A stretch of 63,780 nt of DNA, counting the filler, from Chiloscyllium plagiosum (taxonomy: Eukaryota), in assembly GCF_004010195.1 (NCBI RefSeq). It is 4 parts of one record of this genome, joined end to end, with 100 filler letters (N's around TTAATTAATTAA, not from the genome) between each part and the next. Parts side by side here need not be neighbours in the genome. Positions count along the whole stretch, not along the records: positions 1 to 23,833 come from NC_057711.1; positions 23,934 to 41,991 come from NC_057711.1; 2 more parts are not named here. The stretch is one strand, 5' to 3'. A model generated the notes under the pieces. That model did no database searches. It saw nothing but the letters and a program-made list of their open reading frames with translations, and was not told the origin of the DNA. A program made the translations under genes and the position numbers. Below are positions 11,701-26,100 of the stretch, piece by piece (positions within the stretch are counted from its first letter, which is position 1; each line of letters begins with the position of its first letter).

Positions 11701-14700
11701 GACATTGGGAGGTGGGATACATAATAATAATCATAGAACCCTACAGTGTGGAAGCAGGCCATTCAGCCCACTGAGTCTGCACTGACCCTTCGAAGAGCCC
11801 CCCACCCAGATCCTGTAACCCCACATTTCCCATCGCTAATCCACCTTGTCTCCCCATCCTGGGAAAAGTGGGGCCAGACCATACTGGACTATTTACACCT
11901 GGGCAGGAGCAGGACTGATATTCTCAGGGGAGCTCTATGTAGTATGGTTGCTGCAATTAGAATGGCAGGAGGCTGGGAATGTTAGCGCGGTGACAAGGGA
12001 AAGAGAAACAAGAACAGTAATTAAAAACAAAACAGTAACATGCAAAATCGGTAAACAGGGTTATCAAGGACAAGAGACAAATAGGGTTAAACAGAAGACA
12101 AAACATCTGCAAATCAACTTCCCAGTTCAGCAAACATACCCATAACCATGGGGGAGACAAATAGGGCCATGGTACATTGGAAAATTAGGATGAAATTTAC
12201 TATTTACTTACAATCTATTTACAATCTGTATAAACTTTCTGAAGGGAGGGACAGAGTGTAATGTACTAAAGTTTGCAGATGATAAACAAGGTGGGGTGTC
12301 AGGCTGTGATGAGGAGATAAAAAGTTTAAAGATGGATATTGATAGGTTGGGAGAATGGACCAGAATCTGCCAGATGGAGTTTAATCTCGGTAAGTGTGAG
12401 GGAAAAATTAAAGGCAAATTATTATTTAAATGGGAAGCAGTTTCAAAATACGTTAGTGCAGAGGGATCTGGGTGTCTCTGTGCATGAATCACAGAAAGTG
12501 GGTGTGCAGAGAGGTGCAGCATATAATAAGAAAGGCAAATGGAATCTAGACATTTAATGCAAAAGGACTGGATTATGAAAGTGAAGAAGTGTTGTTCCAA
12601 TTGTGTACAGTGTTGGTGAGACCCACACCTGGAGTATTGGGTCCAGTCATTGTCTCCTCACCTGAGGAAGGATGTGGTGGCACTGGAGACAGTTCAGGGA
12701 GGGTCACCAGGTTGGTCCCAGGGATGAAAGGGCTGTCATATGAGGAGCGGTTCAATAGCTTGGGCTTGTACTCACTGGAGTTCAGCAGAATGAGGGGATG
12801 GATCTGATTGAGGGATTTAAAATGCTGAAGGGGATTGATAAGGTGGTCATTGAACAGATGCTCCCTCTTGTGGGACAGTATTAAACAAGAGGTCATATAT
12901 ACAGAGTGAGAGAAGGTAGGTCCACAATTACTTCGCTCAGCGGAATCTGTGGAACTCACTGCCCCAGAGTACAGTGGGGGCAGAATCGATCAATCGATTC
13001 AAGAAAGAAATAGATACGTTTTGATGAAAAGCAGGATGAAGGATTCTGGGTAGCAGGCAGGGAAGTGGGGTTGAGACTAAGATAAGATTAGCCATGATCA
13101 TGTTAATGGTCAAAAAGTTGGAGGGTCCCAAGATGGGAGATGAGGCGTTCTTCCTCCAGTCATCAGGTGGCTAGGATTTGGTGGTGGAGGAGGCCACAGA
13201 CTTGCATGTCCCTTGGAGGATTGGGAGGGGGAGTTGAAGTGATTGGCCTAGGGCGGTGGGATTCTTTAGTGCATGTGACCCCAGAGATGTTCTAAACAGA
13301 TGCACTAAACAACCACACCACCCTGCGGCTGATCATCAAAGTCCGTGGCCTCCTCCATCGCCAAATCCTAGCCACCTGACAACTGGAGGAAGAACACAAT
13401 ATCTTCCACTTTGGGACCCTCCAACTACATGGGATCAATGCCAATTTCACCAGTTTCCTCATCTGCTCTGCCCCCACCTTATCCCAGAGCCAACCCTCCA
13501 ACTTGGCACTGCCCCCTTGAACTGTCGCACCTGTCCGTCTCTCTGCTCTACCTCTCTGCTCCACCCTCTGCTCCGACCTATCACCATAACTCCCCCCCCT
13601 CACATTCATCTACCTACCACATTCCTAGCTGTAGGACTACTACCTTCCTCCCAGCCCTAACCCCCCCCTCCCCACCATCTATCTCTCAGCCCCCTTGGGG
13701 CCCCCCACATTCCTGATGAAGAACTTATGCTCGAAATGTTGACTCTCCTGTTCCTCGGATGCTGTCTGACCAGCTGTGCTTTTCCAACACCACACTTTTT
13801 GACTGTGATCTCCAGCACCTGCAATCCTCACTTGCTCATCCTTCATGTTAAATGATGTGGAGATGCCAGTGTTGGACTGGGGTGGACTAAGTTAAAAATC
13901 ACACAACTTACATTAGTACTTCCAAATAAATCTGTTGGACTCTGGCGTTGTGACATTTTTAGCAATGTTAAACGGTAAAGCGGGCTCCAAAGGCTGAACT
14001 GCCCACTCCCACTCCTAATCCCTGTGTTCTTATGAAATTAGGTCTGTGAATGCACAAAGCATTTGGAAAAAGGTAGACAAACGGACAAAGCAAATCGAGA
14101 TGAATAGATATGACCTCATGGCCATTATGGACCCATGGTTACAAGAGATCAAAACAGGGTCCGTAATATTCAAAAAACATTCGACCTTTTAGAAAGAAGA
14201 AGAAGTGTAGAGGTAGCACTGTAAATAAGAAATAAACTGAGGGCATTTGTGAGAAACGATCTGAGCTGGGATGATGTTGAGGGGATTTGTGGAGGTAAGA
14301 AACAGCAAGTGAAAGAAGACATTGGTATGAGGAGTGAATAGCCCCCCTACAGTAGCTGCACTGTACGTAAGGTTATAAATCACCAAATATTAAGTGTATG
14401 TAAAAAGAATAGAGCAATAATTATGGGTGACTTTAATCTACATGTTGATTTTGTCAAGCAAATTGGAAAGGGCAGCTGTTCCAATGAGCTGACAGAATGC
14501 ATCAGGGATTGCTTCCTAGAGCAAAATATCATGGGGCAGCTGATCCTGGATCTGCTATTGGGTAATGAGACAAGTTTAATAAATGACTTCAGAGTAAATA
14601 TCCCCTGTGAAGTAGTGATCATAACATGGCACAATTTCGTATTCAGTTTGAGTATAAGAAAATTACTTCGGAAACAACTGTGGTTAACTTCAATAAAAGG

Positions 14701-17700
14701 GAATCACAATGAAATGAGGTCAGAGTCAACTACAGTGGTCTGGCCAGAAGGATTTGTAAGAAAGACAGTAAACCAGCAGAGGCAGATATTTAAGGAGGTC
14801 ATTGATGATTCGCAGTAAAAATATCTCCCAGTAAGGAGGAAAAATTCTAAGAGGGGAATAAACCAACCACAACTAAGCAAGGCTGTTAAGGAGATTACTA
14901 AGTTGAAAGAAAATGCATATAAGGAGACAAAATTCACTGATTGCCCTGAAAACTGGATAAATTTAGAATGCAGCAAAGGAGGAATAAAAGGATAAAAAAG
15001 ATGGAAAAAATAAACTACATGGGAAAGCTCATGAGGAATACGTATACAGACAATAAAAACTTTGTTGAATATGTATATAAAAGAAGAGATAGGTCAAAGT
15101 GAAACTAGGCCCCTTAGAAAATGAATCTGAGAAGATGTTTATGGGGAACAAGGAAATGGCAGAAGAGTTAAACAGATATTTTGTACATTTTAAGGTGTAA
15201 GATACTTTGAACATTCCATTAAAAATAAAGAATATGGAGGAGGAATTAGGAACTATTATCATTACGAGGGAAATAGTATTAGACAGGAGAAAGTGAGGAC
15301 TGCAGATGCTAGAGATCAGAATCGAGAGTGGAGTGCTGAAAAAACACAGCAGGCCAAGCAAAAGCCCTTCCTCAGGAACCTTCATCAGCAGTAATAGACA
15401 AACAAATGTGGTGAAAGGCAGTTAAGGCAGATGACACCAAAATTAGAGGTACTGTGGACAGCGAAGAAGGTTATCTCAGAGTACAACAGGATCTTGATCA
15501 GATGGGCTGATGGGCCGACGAGTGGCAGATGGAGTTTAATTCAGATAAATGTGAGGTGCAGCATTTCGGAAAAGCACAGCACGGCAGGACTTATATACTT
15601 AATGGTAAAGTCCTAGGGAGTGTTGCTGAACAAAAAGACCTTGGAGTGCAGGTTCATAGCTCCTTGAAAGTGGAGTTGCAGGCAGATAGGATAGTGAAGA
15701 AGGCGTTTGGTATGCTTTCCTTTATTGGTCAGAGTATTGAGTACAGGAGTTGGGAGGTCATGTTGTGGCTGTACAGGACATTGGTTTGGCCACTGTTGGA
15801 AAATTGCGTGCAATTCTGGTCTCCTTCCTATAGGAAAGATGTTGTGAAACCTGAAAGGGTTCAGAAAAGTATGTTACAAGGATGTTGCCAGGGTTGGAGG
15901 ATTTGAGCTATAGGGAGAGGTTGAATAAGCTGAGGTTATTTCCCCCAGAGCATCAGAGGCTGAAGGGTGACCTTATAGAGGTTTATAAAATCATGAGGAG
16001 CATGGATAGGGTAAATAGACAAGGTCTTTTCCCTGGGGTGGAGGAGTCCAGAACTAGAGGGCATAGCTTTATGCTGAGAGGTGAAACATTTAAAGGGACC
16101 TAAGGGCAACATTTTCACACAGAAGGTGGTGCGTTTATGAGATCATAAGACCATAAGACATAGGAGCAGAAATTAGGCCGTCCAGCCCATCAAGTCTGCT
16201 CCACCATTTAATCAGGCTGATAAGTTTATCAACCCCATTCACCCACTTTCTCCCTTGATGCTCAAGAAACTATCTATCTCCATCTTAAATATACTCAATG
16301 ACCCGGTTTCCACAGCCTTCTGTTGCAATGAATTCCATAGATTCACCATTCTCTGGCTCAGAAAGGTTCTCCCTATCCCCATTCTAAAGGGTCTTCCCTT
16401 TACTGTCTGGCTTTGCCCTCGGGTCCTAGCCTCTCCTACCAATGGAAATATCTTCCCAACATCTACTCTGTCCAGGCCATTCAGTATTCATGAGTTTTGA
16501 GAAGATTTGTAGCTCAGGTTGAGGTTTTGGATATGGTTTGCTCGCTGAGCTGAAAGGTTCATTTCCAGACGTTTTGTTACCTTACTCAGTAACATTTTCA
16601 GTGGACCTTATGTGAAGCATTGCTGAAAATTTCTGCTTTCTATTTATATGTTTGGGTTTCTTTGGGTTGGTGATGTCATTCCCTGTGGTGATGTTATTCC
16701 CTGTGATGAAGTCACTTCCTGTTCCTTTTCTCAGGGGATGGTAGATGGGGTCTAACTCGATGTGTTTGTTGATAGAGTTCCGGTTGAAATGCCATGCTTT
16801 GAGGAATTCTTGTGCATGTCTCTGTTTGGCTTGTGCTAGGATGGATGTGTTGTCCCAGTCAAAGTGGTGTCCTTCCTCGTCCGTATGTGAGGATACTAGT
16901 GAGAGAGGGTCATGTCTTTTTGTGGCTAGTTGGTGTTCATGTATCCTGGTGGCTAGGTTTCTGCCTGTTTGTCCAATGTAGTGTTTGTTACAGTCCTTGC
17001 TCGGTATTTTGTAAATGACATTAGTTTTGCTTGTTGTCTGTATAGGGTCTTTCAAATTCACTAGCTGCTGTTTTAGTGTGTTGGTGGGTTTGTGGGTTAC
17101 CATGATGCCAAGGGGTCTGAGTAGTCTGGCAGTCATTTCTGAGATGTCTTTGATGTAGGGGAGAGTGGCTAGGGCTTCTGGACGTATTTTGTCTGCTTGT
17201 TTGAGTTTGTTGCTGAGAAATCGGCGGACTGTGTTCATTCAGTATTCTGGGTGACACAGTGGCACAGTGGTTAGCACTACTGCCTCATAGCGCCAGAGAC
17301 CTGGGTTCAATTCCCGCCTGGCAACTGTCTGTGTGGAGTTTGCACATTTTCCCCATGTCTGCGCGGGTTTCCTTCGGGTGCTCCTGTTTCCTCCCACAGT
17401 CCAAAACTGTGCAGGAATTGGCCATGCTAAATTGCCCGTAGTGTTAGGTGTAGGGGAGTGGGTTTGGGTGGGTTGCTCTTCAGAGAGTCGGTGTGGATTT
17501 GTTGGGCCAAAGGGCCTGTTTCCACACTGTAAGTAATCTAATCTGTAAGTTTCAATTAGATCCCCCCTAATCCTTCTCAACTCCATCGAGTATAAACCCA
17601 GAATCCTCAAACGTTCCTCATATGTTAAGCTTTTCATTCCTGGGACCATTCTCGTGAACCTCCAGTGAACACGCTCCAGGGCCAATATATCTTTCCTGCG

Positions 17701-20700
17701 GTATGAGGCCCAAAACTGCACACAATTCTCCAAATATAGTCAGACTGGAGCCATACAGAGCCTCAGAAGTACATCCCTTTTTCTATATTCAAGTCTCCAG
17801 AAATAACTGCCATCATTGCATTTGCTTTCCTAACTATGGACTCAACCTGCAAGTTTATCTTGACAGAATCCTTGCACTTTGGAGTTCTGAATTTTCTCCC
17901 TATTTACAAAATAACCCATGCCTCTATTCCTACTACCAAAGTGCATGACCTCACACTTTCCCACGTTGTACTCCATCTGCCAGTTCTTTGCCTACTCTCC
18001 TAATCTGTCCAAATCCTTCTGCAGCCCCCCTGCCTCCTCAATGCTACCTGTCCCTCTACCTATCTTTGTATCATATGCAAAGTTAGCCAGAATGCCCTCA
18101 GTCCCTTCATCTAGATCGTTAATGTATAAAGTGAAATGTTGTGGCCCCAACACTGAGCCTTACGGAACACCACTTGTCACCGGCTGCCATCCTAGGAAAA
18201 ACTGTTTTATCCCCCATCTCTGCTTTCTGCCAGACAGCCCAGCTTCTATCCATGCTAGCACCTTGCCTCTAACACCATAGGCCCTTATCTTACTCAGAAG
18301 CCTTCTGTGCGGCACCTTGTCAAAGGCCTTCTTGAAGTCCAGGGCGATAAATCCATTGGCTCTCCTTGGTCTAACCTGCTTGTTACTTCCTCAAAGAATT
18401 CCAGCAGATTTGTCAGGCATGACCTCCCCTTGATGAAACCATGCTGACTTTGCCCTATTTTACCACAAACGTCCAAGTATTCAGAAATCCCATCCTTCAA
18501 AATGGATTCCAGGATCTTACCCATGATTGAGGTTAGACTCACAATTGGTGTGTTACCTCCTAGGTGCTAGGGTTCATGATGTTCCAGATCATGTTTCCGG
18601 GATCCTTGAGGGGGAGGGGAAAGGGGTGCAGCACCAAGTCAGGGTCCACATAGGCACCAACGACATCGGTAGGAAGAAAGGTGGCAATCTAAGGCAGGAT
18701 TTCAGGGAGCTAGGGTGGAAGCTTACAGCTCGAACAAACAGAGTTGTTATCTCTGGTTTGTTGCCCGTGCCACATGCTGGTGAAGCGAGGAACAGGGAGA
18801 GAGCGGAGCTGAACATGTGGCTGTAGGCTAGTGCAGGAGGGAAAGTTTTGGACTCTTGGATAGTTGGAGCTTTTTCTGGGGAAGATGGGACCTCTACACA
18901 CAGGATGGTCTTCACTTGAACCAGAGGGGTACCAAATCCCGGGGGGGGGGACATTTGCTAATGCCTTTCGGGGGGGGGGCGTTAAACTAATGTAGCAGGG
19001 GGATGGGAACCTGAATTGTAGTGTACAGGAGGGTAGTGAGGTCAGGGATGGGTTTACAAGGTCGCAAGAGGGCAATGACAACCAGCATGTTGGTTTGAAA
19101 TGTGTGTACTTCAATACCAGGAGCATCAGAATAAGGCGGGTGAACTTGCAGCATGGGTTGGTACCTGGGATTTTGATGTTGTGATCATTTCAGAGACATG
19201 GCTAGAGGAGGGACAGGAATACAGGTTCCGGGATTTGGATGCTTCAGTAAAAACAGAGAAGATGGTAAAACAGGGGGAGGTGTGGCGTTGTTAATCAGGA
19301 GTAATATTACAGCAGCTGAGATAACGTTTGAGGACTCATCCAGTGAGGTAGTTTGGGCTGAGGTTAGAAACAGGAAAGGAGAGGTCACCCTGTTAGGAGT
19401 TTTCTACAGGCCTCCGAATAGTTTCAGGGATGTGGACAAGAAAATAGCAAAGATGATTCTCAATAGGAACGAGAGTAACAGGGTAATTGTTATGGGGGTC
19501 TTTAACTTCCCCAGTATTGACTGGGAATACTACAGTTCAAATAGTTTAGATGGATCAGTTTTTGTTTAATGCGTGCAGGAGGGTTTTCTGACACTGTATG
19601 CAGACAGGACAACAGGGGGTGATGCCATATTAGATTTGGTACTGGGGGATGAATCCGGCTAGGTGTTAGATTTGGAAGTAGGTGAGCACTTTGGCAATAG
19701 TTTAAAGCCCTGTCTACCACCCTAGTCATGTGATTCGCTAGGCCTCTAGTCCCAGCATTGTTCAGATGAAGACCGTTCCATCGGAACAGCTCCCTCCTTC
19801 CCCAGTACTTGTATCAATGTGCCATGCATTCAAACCCATTTCTCCCACACCAATCTTTGAGCCATGCATTTATCTGATCAATCTCATTGACCCTGTACCA
19901 ATTAGCTCATGGCTTAGGAATGAGGTGCCAGAGGAAGTGGTGGAGGCTGGTACAATTGAAACATTTAAAAGGCATCTGGATGGGTATATGAATAGGAAGG
20001 GTTTAGAGGGATATGAGCTGGGTGCTGGTAAATGGGCTTAGATTAGGTTAGGATATCTGATTGGGATGGCTGAGTTGGAAGGTCTCTTTCTGTGCCGTAC
20101 ATCTCTATGACTCAATGACTCTGTGACGGTAAGTCCACTGCCCTGATGTCTTGCACCCCAGAATCCTAATAGAGGTAGCTACAGAGATCATAGATGCATT
20201 GGTTATAGTTTTCCAAAGTTCTTTGGATTTTGGAGAAGTACTGGAGGATTGGGCTAGTACAATTGCAACATTTAATAGGAAGGGTTTGGAGGCATATGGG
20301 CTGGGTGCTGGTAGGTGGGACTAGATTGAGTTGGGTTATCTGGTCTGCATGGACAAGTTGGACCTCTATGACTCTATGATTGGGAAACTGCTAATGTGAC
20401 ACCCCTATTCAATAAAGGAGGGAGGCAAAAAGTGCGTAAATACAGGCGTTTTACGCCTGTTGTTGCAAAAAGACTGGCATCATTTATTAAGGATCTGTTA
20501 ACAGTACAATTGGACAATCATTATCTAAGCAAGCAGGGTCCGCATGGCTCCATGAAAGGGAAATCATGTATGACTAAATAATTAAAATTTTTGGGGTACA
20601 TCTCAATCTGAGTCGATAGAGGGGGAAACCAGTAGATGTGTTGTATTTGGACTTCCGGAAGGTGTTTGGCAAGGTACCTCACAAAAGGTGAAGTCATAAG

Positions 20701-23142
20701 AGCCCATGATGTTTGAGACAGTATATTGGTATGCATTGAGAATTGGTTAATGGATAGGAAATAGTAAGTGGTGGTTAAGGTGTTCTTTTTCAAGTTGGCA
20801 ACCTCTAACCAATGTGGGGTTCCACAAGAATCAGTGCTGGAACCACATAGTTATTAAGTTTGCAGGTGGCACCAAATTTGAAGGGGTAGTGGACACCAAA
20901 GAAGGCTACCTCAGATTACCATGGGATCTTGACCAGATGGGCCAATGGGCTGAGAAGTGGCAGATGGAGTTTAATTCAGATAAATGCAAGGTGCTGCATT
21001 TTAGGAAAGCAAATCTTAGCAGGACTTATACACTTAATGGTACGGTCCGAGGGAGTGTTGCTGGACAAAGAGACCTTGGAGTGCATAGCTCCTTGAAAAT
21101 GGAGTCGCAGGTAGATAGGATAGTGAATAAGGTGTTTGGTATGCTTTCCTTTATTGGTCAGAGTATTGAGTGGGCGGCACGGTGGCACAGTGGTTAGCAC
21201 TGCTGCCTCACAGCGCCAGAGACCCGGGTTCAATTCCTCAGGCGACTGACTGTGTAGAGTTTGCACGTTCTCCCTGTGTCTGCGTGGGTTTCCTTCGGGT
21301 GCTCCGGTTTCCTCCCACAGTCCAAAAATGTGCAGATTAGGTGAATTGGCCATGCTAAATTGCCCGTAGTGTTAGGTTAGGGGTAAATGTAGGGGTATGG
21401 ATGGGTTACGCTTCGGCGGGTCGGTGTGGACTTGTTGGGCCGAAGGGCCTGTTTCCACACTATAATGTAATCTAATCTAATTCTCAGTACAAGAGTTGGG
21501 AGGTCATGTTATGGCTGTACAGGTCGTTGGTTAGGCCACTGTTGGAATATTGCGTGCAATTCTGGTCTCCTTCCTATTGGAAAGATGTTGTGAAACTTGA
21601 AAGGGTTCAGAAAAGACTTACAAGGATGTTGCCAGGGTTGGAGGATCTGAGCTACAGGGAGAGGCTGAACAGGCTGGGGCTGTTTTCCCTGGAGCGTCGA
21701 AGGCTGAGGGGTGACCTTGTAGAGGTTTATAAAATCATGAGGGGCATAGATAGGATAAATAGACAAAGTCTGTTCCCTGGGGTGAGGGAGTCCTGAACTA
21801 GAGGGCATAGGTTTAGGGTCAGAGGGGAAAGATATAAAAGAGACTGAAGGAGCAACTTTTTCATGCAGAGGGTGGTGCGTGTATGGAATGAGCTGCCAGA
21901 GGAAGTGGTAGAGGCTGGTACAATTACAGCATTTAAAAGGCATCTGGATCGGTATATGAATAGGAAGGGTTTAGAGGGATACGGGCTGACTGCTGGTTGG
22001 TCTGTCTGGCCAGCATGAATAAGTTGGACTGAAGGGTCTGTTTCTGTTCTGTACATCTCTATGACTCCAGGACTTTAATCACTTGGAGGCAGGAAAAAAA
22101 ATACACTAACGCTAAATTTTCAGGCGACATGAAAATAGTTGGAAAGGCAACTTCAAAGTGGATACACATAGCTTACAGCGAGATAGATTAAGTAAGTGGG
22201 CAAAGAGTTGGCAAAGAAGTATGTTGTGGAAAAATGTGAAGTTGTTCATTTTGTAAGTGAGAATAAATGAACAGAATATTATTTAAATGTGAAAATCTGC
22301 ATAAAACTACAACATAAAGGACTTGGGAAAGACTTGTTCAGAAAACACAGAAATTTCCTCCAAATCCAGGGGTTGGCCATGGGCACCTGGATGGGCCCCA
22401 GCTATATCTGCCTTTTTGTTGGCTATATCGAACAGTACCTACACAGGTGCTGTGCCCCAACTCTTCCTCCGTTACATCGATGACTGCATCGGTGCAGCTT
22501 CCTGCACCCAGGCTGAACCAGAACAGTTCATCAACTTTGTCCACAACTTCAAATTCAATTTTCCATCTTGGACAGCTCCCTCCCCTTTCTTAATCTCACC
22601 ATTTCCACCTCCAGTGACAGTCTACACATGGACGTTTACTATAAACATATAGACTCCTGTAACTACCTGGACTACACCTCCTCCCACCCAGTATCTTGCA
22701 AGAACTCCATCCCATTCTCCCAGTTCCTCTGTCTCCATCGCATCTGCTCGGACAAGAAAATATTCCATTCCCAAGCATCCCAGATTCCACCTATTTTGAA
22801 CCATGTGCTTTTTCTCCCTCTGTCATCCAGATAGCACTCCACTGCACCACCTCCACTCCCCCTCCACTGCTCTAAACCTCCTCCCTAAAATAAAGGGTCT
22901 CCCTTGTCCTCACCTACCATTCCACCCTCTGCATCCAACGCATCATCCTGAAACACTTCTGCCAACTTCAACTAGACCCAAGCACCAAGAACATCTTCCC
23001 CTCCCCACTCCTTTTTGCCTTCCATAAGGACCATTCACTTTGACAGTCCTTGGTTTGTGCCACTCTCCCCACCAATGCTCCCACCCCTGCACCCCCAGGT
23101 ACCTTCCCCTGCAACTGGAAAAGATGCAAAACCTGCCGGCAC

Positions 23143-23175
<33 letters not shown>

Positions 23176-26100
23176 CCCCCACCCCCCCCCCACCTCCATC
23201 CAGGGCCTCAAACAGTCCTTCCAGGTGAGACAGAGGTTCACCTGCCTCTCTTCCAACCTGGTTTACTGCTGACTACATCTGCAGGAAGTGCACCCAACTC
23301 CAGCTCCTCGAAAACCGCATGAGGGAACTGGAGCTGGAACTGGATGAACTTCGGATCATTTGGGAGGCAGAGGGGGTTATTGAGAAGAGTTACAGGGAGG
23401 TAGTCACTCCTTAGGTACAAGAAAAGGCAAATGGGTTACAGTCAGTGGATGGAAAGGGAACTGGTAGACAGTGCAGGGACCCCCTGTGGCCGTTCCCCTC
23501 AATAACAAGTATACCGTTTTGGATACTGTTGGGAGGGGGATGACTTACCAGGGGAAAGCAGTGGGGTACCGGGCTCTGGCACAGAGTCTGTCCCTGCTGC
23601 TCAGAAGGGAAGGGGGAAGAGGAGCAGAGCAGCAGTCACTGGGGACTCCATGGTTAGGGGGATGGATAGGAGGGTCTGTGGGGACGAGAGAGACTCACGG
23701 TTGGTGTGTTGCCTCCCAGGTGCCAGGGTCCGTGATGTCTCTGATCATATTTTTGGGATCCTTAAGGGGGAGGGGGAGCTGCCCCAAGTCGGGGTCCACA
23801 TAGGCACCAATGACATAGGTAGGAAGAGAGATGNNNNNNNNNNNNNNNNNNNNNNNNNNNNNNNNNNNNNNNNNNNNTTAATTAATTAANNNNNNNNNNN
23901 NNNNNNNNNNNNNNNNNNNNNNNNNNNNNNNNNAACGAGTTGTGAGTTCATGGAATGCCCTGCCAGTAGCCGTGGTGGACTCTCCCTCATTATGGGCATT
24001 TAAGCGGGCATTGGATAGGCATATGGAGGATAGTGGGCTAGTGTAGGTTAGGTGGGCTTGGATCGGTGCAACATCGAGGGCCGAAGGGCCTGTACTGCGC
24101 TGTATTCTTCTATGTTCTATGTTCTATGTTCTATGTTCTAATGTAGTGTTGAAAGGACTAAAGCTGAGGCTTCAACTATTTACTATTTACATTGAATATA
24201 GTGTGTTGTGGGTTAATTTGCTGATGGTGCAAAGATAGATAGGAAAGGAAGTTGTGAGGAAGATACAAAAGCTCCATAAAGAGGTACAGATATTTTAAGT
24301 ACGTGGATAAAACATTTGCAGACGGAGTGTAATTTGGAAAATTGTTCATTTTGTCAGGAAGCACAGAAAAGCAAAGTACTATATAAATGTAGAGTGAGTG
24401 CAGAATGTTGCAGTCCAGAGGAATCTGGGTGTCCTTGTATGTGAATCACACAAATCAGCATGCAGATACAACAACTAATTAAGAAGGCAAATGGAATTTT
24501 GGTCTTTAATATAAGGGGCATGGATTTAAAAGTGGTGATTTCTTGCTATAATTTTACTTTGGTTTTTGGTGACACCCCATTTGAGATGCTGTGCATCGAA
24601 TTTGGGCCACAGTGGCTTAGTGGTTAGCACTGCTGCCTGACAGCACTAGGGTCCCAGGTTCGATTCCACCCTCAGGCAACTGTCTGTGTGGAGTTTGCAC
24701 ATTCTGTCTGTGTCTGCAAGTTAGGTGAATTGGCCATCCTAAATTGTTCATAGTGTCCAAGGATATGCAGGCTAGTTGGATTAGCCATGGGAATGCAGGG
24801 TTACAGAGATAAGGCAGGTGGCTCTTCAGAGGGTCAGTGTGGACTTGATGGGCCAAATGGCCTCCTTCCACACCGTAGGGATTTGATGAGAATTGCTCTC
24901 ATCAGTTAAGGAGGATTACACTTGCACTGGAAGATCACAGAAAGTTCACAACCTGCTTAATGGGATGAAAGTGCTTGTGTTGCAAGGATAGGTTCACATG
25001 TTGTGAATCAAATTGGCAAAAGATTAGAATCTGAGGTGCTAGGGACCTCCAGAGGAGGCTCACATGGATCATCCAGTTGGCACTGCAATTTAAAGATGAT
25101 TGCAAATGTTTCAGCCTTATCTTTACATTGATATGCTGGACTCTGCCATTATTTTCAGTGCGGGTGCATTTGAAGCCTCCTCTCCAGTCAGTTGTTTAAT
25201 TGTACACCACCATTCTCAACTGGATGTGGCAGGACTGCTGAGGATTACCTTTTTAGAGCAACTAGAGATGGGCAATAAATGCTGGCCCAGCCAGTGATTC
25301 TGAAATCCAATAAATGAATTACAAAAATTAAGTCACTCTGGAATCATTATCCTGCTGAATTTGCCTCTCTTGGGCGGTTGATAGAGTTTTCAGTGAGTGA
25401 GATGGCTGAGGAGAAGGGAGGTTTCAAAATTAAAAGAGAGAAGTTTGATCAGTGTTGCAGGGTAAGAGTGAATTAAAAACAATGTGGGGTGGAAGAAGAG
25501 GGGACACTTCCTCATGGTAAGAGAGCACCAGTGGATAAGATTCATGTAAATGTGAAGAAATAATACTGAAGTGGTTATATAAGAAAAGGCTTGCTGTTAG
25601 GCCATGATAGGATTTATCAGCAGATTCCGCTAGGATTCTGTACCTCTTGGATTTTTTAAAATTACATTTTTAATAGCTCTTGGAGCCTTCATTACAGAAT
25701 AAACAGTGATTAAGTGCAGGGGGCCTGTACAATCGCAGCTGGCAATGACTTCTTATTCACAATAATACTTCTCTGTCACATGTTGTGCTGGGCTGCAGTG
25801 CCAATGGGGTGCAGAGGCCCACTCACCAACCACCTACCTGCCTTACACCTTAATTTATCTCCTTACCACTGCACGGACACCAAATGGCCATCTATTGTTT
25901 GATTAACTGAGCAGTGAATGAAGCGTTGGGAGTGAATTCCAAATCTTTCTCCTCACTGAGGAAGCCAGATTACTATGCACTGATTTTGTCTCCAGACCTC
26001 AGGAAGACCATACCTGCCTTGGAGGCAATACTGGGGTGGTTCGCCTGATTGGCCCCTGGGAAGAGAGGGTTGTCTTACAAAGAGAGGTTGAGTATATTGG

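Larger units (their letters stand above)
16145..18530 (-). mobile_element. CR1 LINE (RT to 3' tail), interrupted by a Penelope element and a SINE
   Basis: [22 protein letters not shown] (18294..18542), ENCVQFW...GDLIETY, and [13 protein letters not shown] with tail near 16145. Confidence 0.88.

Noticed and set aside
22943..23322. Poly-Pro and poly-Gly ORFs
   Set aside because: Translations of the poly-C run inside a decayed Penelope element.
23878..23889. TTAATTAATTAA as a biological motif (PacI or piggyBac-like site)
   Set aside because: Occurs only centred within fixed-length N runs; synthetic linker.
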